Positions 16,412-20,000 of a stretch of 20,000 nt of DNA are shown piece by piece. A program made the translations under genes and the position numbers. Under the pieces are notes generated by a model. The model had not been told where the DNA came from. It saw only the letters and a list, made by a program, of their open reading frames with translations, and searched no databases. Source of the DNA: an uncultured virus (IMG/VR IMGVR_UViG_3300006923_003182) (taxonomy: Duplodnaviria; Heunggongvirae; Uroviricota; Caudoviricetes); the IMG/VR virus record IMGVR_UViG_3300006923_003182, positions 52,001 through 72,000 of that record. The stretch is one strand, 5' to 3'. How positions within the stretch are numbered: the stretch's first letter is position 1; every line of letters starts with the position of its first letter.

Positions 16412-18406
16412 CTAGGCATCGAGCGGATCGGCCGGCGTCGGCGGTGGAGTCGGCGAAGGGCTCCATGTTTCCATGAACGTCCTGTATACGGCATTTGCAA
16501 GAAATGCGACATCATTTACGGACTCAACTATTGATTTTCTACCACCCTCAATTGAGCTTCTTTCTTCAAAAAGATCAAATGTACCGTCTGGAAATTCTCT
16601 CTTCATATTTTCATATTGAGAATCGTTCAGCAAGCCTATCAGGCCGCCCTCTTCCATTGAGAAGAGCGCAATAGAAAAGGCCATAAGATCCAGAATTCCA
16701 ACTCCCTTTTTCGTTCCCAGGATCAGCATTATATCCTCCATTGCACTCTCCGCCACCCTTCTTTGCGCGGCCACCCTTCTCTCTGCAGATGCAGTTAGCT
16801 TGCTTCTTATTGCATCTTGATTTGCTCCAACTATTTTCATCACATGGCCCATAAAATGAGCGCTTCCAATGTCGGAGCTTCTTTGGGTATTTCTCTGAAG
16901 ATCTATTGCCAGTGGGCTCGACGCCTCTCCAAATAATGTCATCGCCGACTCTTCGAACAATAATGCCGCTCGGAGTTTGGTCTGCTCATCCGACTCTGGG
17001 GCTGGCGAAGATGTTTGAGCCACGGAAGGGCGAGAACTAGAGTCCACTCGACCATCCTCAGAGGCCGAAAACTGCGGAGTTCTCTTTATGTCTTTATTTT
17101 TCTTTTTCGCCCACTGAACCATTCCAATCACTGCGGACCACATTCTGGATATAACCATTGCCTCTACCACTCCCATGCTATCGGCGGTTTTATCTATGGT
17201 CATTTCTACTCCAAGGTTTATCTCCTCAGAAAGCGGGTCTCTAGAGCCGGCAAATGCTAGCGTTCCAGAGATTCTATCCATTCTCAGCCTTATAACTGCC
17301 TCCAGCAGGGTCGACTTCATAGTGGCTCCATTTATCGTCCTTTGGCTCCTCGGAAGGAATGGCTCGGCAATAATCTTTGATGGCTCATTTATGCAAGTTT
17401 CTATATCCCCATCTTGGAACGGTGGAAACAGCAGATAAACATGCTTATAAAAATTACCAGGCTCATGGAGCCAATCCACAGTTTCGGGTGGCGCGCCGCC
17501 TGTCAGTTTTAGAAATATTCTTTTCAGCCTTTTCTCGCTCAAGCCTGGGAGGCTATCTATTTCATTGGCGACCAAAATTGTAAAAACTTCGGCTCCGTCA
17601 TTGAGCGAGCTTCCGGACGAAAGTAATATTTGGACCCCCGTGGCTGCATCGGTACGCGCAGCAAGACCTGCTGCCGCCGTAGCCGCCGCGCCGGAGTCGC
17701 CAGCCCCAATGCCCCTTGCTTTATTTATTTCGTCAGCTATGTTCTTCATCTCTTCTTTTTCGCTATCGCCAACCGGCGGAGCCTCTGAAAACGGATCCGA
17801 GCTGCTATTTATATAGTCAAATAATGCCGCATTACTAACTCGGCTCCCCTCTGCTTCCTGTCTTTTGTTTAATGTCCCCCACAGCCCGCTTGTCACGGAT
17901 GCTCTTCCCACAAACTCATCGAAGTTCGTATTCTCCAGCGATGCTCTTCCGTCGCTAGATATATCAAGCAAGCAGGCATGACAATCATCTATATCATTTG
18001 AGCTTGGCATTCCAAGCATTCTCATGAATGCATTCTCATAAGACTCCATTGCGGCGGTTGAGTTTGGAATGGCCTCATTAACTACAGTATTTTCCCCATG
18101 TTTTTCAATTGACTCGAGGATTTCTATTGGCATCCATGATGACCTCATTCCTCTGAGCAGTTCCGGTAGATCTTTTGCGTCAGATAATATTTTTTCAATT
18201 GCCTGAAGCAGCGGCGCCCCACTCGCTCCGGCTGTTAAATCCGAATAGGCCCCAGAAACGCCATCCGAAGAGTCCGTAAAGCGATCCATAAGCCCTCTTG
18301 CTGCGGCAAGCTGGTTGCCCAAAAGGCCCCGAGCCATAATGTTGGCGCTCCTCAGGTACTCCTCTATGGGGTCACTGCCCTCAGGGCTTGTCGTATCGTC
18401 GCTCAT
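16412..18406 (-). CDS. Hypothetical protein, 664 aa; appears largely helical, with Ala/Ser-rich linkers and a Pro-rich C-terminus; probably structural
   Basis: Long ORF on the operon strand with AGAGGA just upstream of the ATG, 9 nt after the upstream stop. No family recognised. Confidence 0.8.
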   Translation of the reverse strand: MSDDTTSPEGSDPIEEYLRSANIMARGLLGNQLAAARGLMDRFTDSSDGVSGAYSDLTAGASGAPLLQAIEKILSDAKDLPELLRGMRSSWMPIEILESIEKHGENTVVNEAIPNSTAAMESYENAFMRMLGMPSSNDIDDCHACLLDISSDGRASLENTNFDEFVGRASVTSGLWGTLNKRQEAEGSRVSNAALFDYINSSSDPFSEAPPVGDSEKEEMKNIADEINKARGIGAGDSGAAATAAAGLAARTDAATGVQILLSSGSSLNDGAEVFTILVANEIDSLPGLSEKRLKRIFLKLTGGAPPETVDWLHEPGNFYKHVYLLFPPFQDGDIETCINEPSKIIAEPFLPRSQRTINGATMKSTLLEAVIRLRMDRISGTLAFAGSRDPLSEEINLGVEMTIDKTADSMGVVEAMVISRMWSAVIGMVQWAKKKNKDIKRTPQFSASEDGRVDSSSRPSVAQTSSPAPESDEQTKLRAALLFEESAMTLFGEASSPLAIDLQRNTQRSSDIGSAHFMGHVMKIVGANQDAIRSKLTASAERRVAAQRRVAESAMEDIMLILGTKKGVGILDLMAFSIALFSMEEGGLIGLLNDSQYENMKREFPDGTFDLFEERSSIEGGRKSIVESVNDVAFLANAVYRTFMETWSPSPTPPPTPADPLDA

Positions 18407-18410
18407 ACAT

Positions 18411-18416
18411 TCCTCT
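18411..18416 (-). promoter_or_regulatory. Shine-Dalgarno-like AGAGGA for the 664-aa gene
   Basis: Minus strand TAAGAGGAATGT-ATG, abutting the upstream TAA stop. Confidence 0.5.
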
Positions 18417-19999
18417 TAGTTTTCAAGCTTTGTGCCAAAGCCCTGAGGGGATGGCTTCGCGCTCTCGGCGCTGGCATCTCTTGCATCATTTTCAAAATTA
18501 ATACCAGATTTGACCTTTGGAGTAAATATTATAGTTAAGATTCTGTCAACCTGCATAATCGACCCGGGAGAAAATAACTCCTGAGCTTCCTCTGCGTCCG
18601 GAATGCAGTCTACTCCGAGATCCTCCGCGGACTCCGGAAATATGAGCCCCTTGTCTGCCCAGGCTCTTATTGGAATATCACAAAATGATGCAGATATTTG
18701 CACAACGCCAGGCGTTTGAGATGTAATAGAAGCAAAATATTTCTCACTCTCTCTGGAGATTATATTTCCATCTTCGTTTATCTCCATAAAGTACGCCCTA
18801 GACTCAGTCTTGTCTTTTACTATATTCAGCTCGACGTGGCTGGACCAGTCTCTTGAGATCGGAAAGTCCGCATCTTTAGAATCACGAGGGACTATCTCTA
18901 TATAAACTGGCGAGCCGGCCTCAATCATTATCATATCTCCAATCCCAGAGGCAAATTCAGATGCACCAGTTACGGTTGGCAAATCAAAACTAACGCCATC
19001 TATTATATCTGGATCGAGCCTGGTCGGATCCTCTCCCAGTTCATCTCCCGAGTCTGCTAGCTCTTCATTTATTATCTTAAATCCGGTATTTAACGGATTA
19101 AACACCCAAGGACACACCCTTGTAACTGCATCGTCTATACACAGCTCTAGTTTTTTATGCTCGTCGTATACTTCTTCTACGTCGAATTTTGTTTCTCTAA
19201 GTTTTATCTGAAAATCTTCTATCGACTGAGTTTTATCGCTTGCTGCTGTGAGTATGTTTTTTGACTTTTCCTTTATATAATCCCTAAATGACTCTATACA
19301 ATCATTTGCCTCGCCCACTATTGATCCGAAATCATCCGGCCAAATGGCGTCCATCGGTCCGAGGTCAAACAATGCTTCATTCATATCTGACACCTGACAT
19401 GCCGAAGCTATTTCGTCGGCGCAATGGCGAAGATCTACCACATATAATCTTGGAAAATCAAGTACTTTTATCGTGTCGATTGCCTCACTGATTGCCTGCT
19501 GATCGTCGTCGGGACTGTGGTCGTCATCGGTATGCAGATAGTTGTAAGCACCGACCTCTGGGAACGGAGGGGCGAACTCATCGTTGTCTGCAACATCGGC
19601 GCCGAAGTCGCCAGGATAATCAGTAATCCTTGAAAACCATTGCTTGACGGAATCGAATTCAAATGTTCCCTCGGTATCCCAGTCGGGCTTTGTTGCCGGC
19701 TCGCCGGTATGATTTGCCAGAATCCAGTTTGCATTAGCCTGTTGTTGTACTATTTTCTCGCCCTTATAGGTGCCGCCTTCGCCCTTTTCCTCGGTAGTTC
19801 TATATACCGTAAAGTCATCTTTTGATGCTTTTTGCTTTGGAGCCGAAGGATGATTTATCATTTTAGCAGTTATAGATGTTATCTTGTTTCCAACGGTATT
19901 AATTCCATTTGGCTCTATAAAGTAAACATTAAATTCATCGTCAACCAAGGCAACCATCGGAATCCCCGGGAACGTCTTTTGATATGGGGTCTCAGTAAG
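18416..19999 (-). CDS. Acidic hypothetical protein, probably 5'-truncated by the window edge; possible Ig-like (Big-1/filamin-type) segment near the C-terminus
   Basis: The track starts it at 19957, but the frame stays open to the edge (LTETPYQKTFPGIP-MVALV...) and no SD precedes 19957, so the true start is probably outside the window. Confidence 0.8.
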   Translation of the reverse strand, partial: LTETPYQKTFPGIPMVALVDDEFNVYFIEPNGINTVGNKITSITAKMINHPSAPKQKASKDDFTVYRTTEEKGEGGTYKGEKIVQQQANANWILANHTGEPATKPDWDTEGTFEFDSVKQWFSRITDYPGDFGADVADNDEFAPPFPEVGAYNYLHTDDDHSPDDDQQAISEAIDTIKVLDFPRLYVVDLRHCADEIASACQVSDMNEALFDLGPMDAIWPDDFGSIVGEANDCIESFRDYIKEKSKNILTAASDKTQSIEDFQIKLRETKFDVEEVYDEHKKLELCIDDAVTRVCPWVFNPLNTGFKIINEELADSGDELGEDPTRLDPDIIDGVSFDLPTVTGASEFASGIGDMIMIEAGSPVYIEIVPRDSKDADFPISRDWSSHVELNIVKDKTESRAYFMEINEDGNIISRESEKYFASITSQTPGVVQISASFCDIPIRAWADKGLIFPESAEDLGVDCIPDAEEAQELFSPGSIMQVDRILTIIFTPKVKSGINFENDARDASAESAKPSPQGFGTKLEN

Positions 20000-20000
20000 A

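Noticed and set aside
2123..18418. Stop-codon reassignment, as seen in some large phages
   Set aside because: TGA (2123), TAA (12568, 18416) and TAG (15886, 16412) all end genes at sensible boundaries, and coding density is near-complete under the standard bacterial code.
19468..19734. 88-aa minus-strand ORF in an alternative frame
   Set aside because: Fully nested in the long ORF, with no recognisable features; probably a chance frame.
1677..19825. About 30 short plus-strand ORFs (60-213 aa) in the track, e.g. 13388-14029
   Set aside because: All are antisense to long, motif-bearing minus-strand genes. Many have the Ser/Pro/Ile-rich composition expected of antisense shadows, and none shows a recognisable motif.
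1..20000. Definitive call of eCIS/T6SS versus phage
   Set aside because: No sheath, tube, capsid, terminase, AAA-ATPase or membrane-complex genes fall in the window. Phage is favoured only by protein sizes, gene packing and the promoter-like motif.

Overview
A 20-kb segment of one co-directional (all minus-strand) virion-structural operon from a contractile-tail system. A very large myovirus-like phage with a bacterial host is the most likely source, but a prophage or extracellular contractile injection system cannot be excluded. In transcription order: a 5'-truncated acidic hypothetical protein with an Ig-like segment, a 664-aa hypothetical protein, a gp25/gpW-like baseplate protein, a 1102-aa Baseplate_J protein, a 3480-aa protein, and a 3'-truncated ORF of at least 689 aa that the ORF track missed. 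The 3480-aa protein reads as a hugely expanded P2 gpI-like wedge protein with split LamG domains, a degenerate zincin-like insert and a DGY tandem repeat. The missed ORF has a fibre-anchor-like N-terminus and a dockerin-like Ca-binding pair. The gene order matches the P2 W-J-I-H baseplate/fibre module, but the J- and I-like subunits are inflated by nested insertions. The only two sizeable intergenic gaps share an identical bipartite motif, TCTATTA-N11-AATATCGA, a candidate late promoter. All family assignments come from motif recognition by eye, not database searches.
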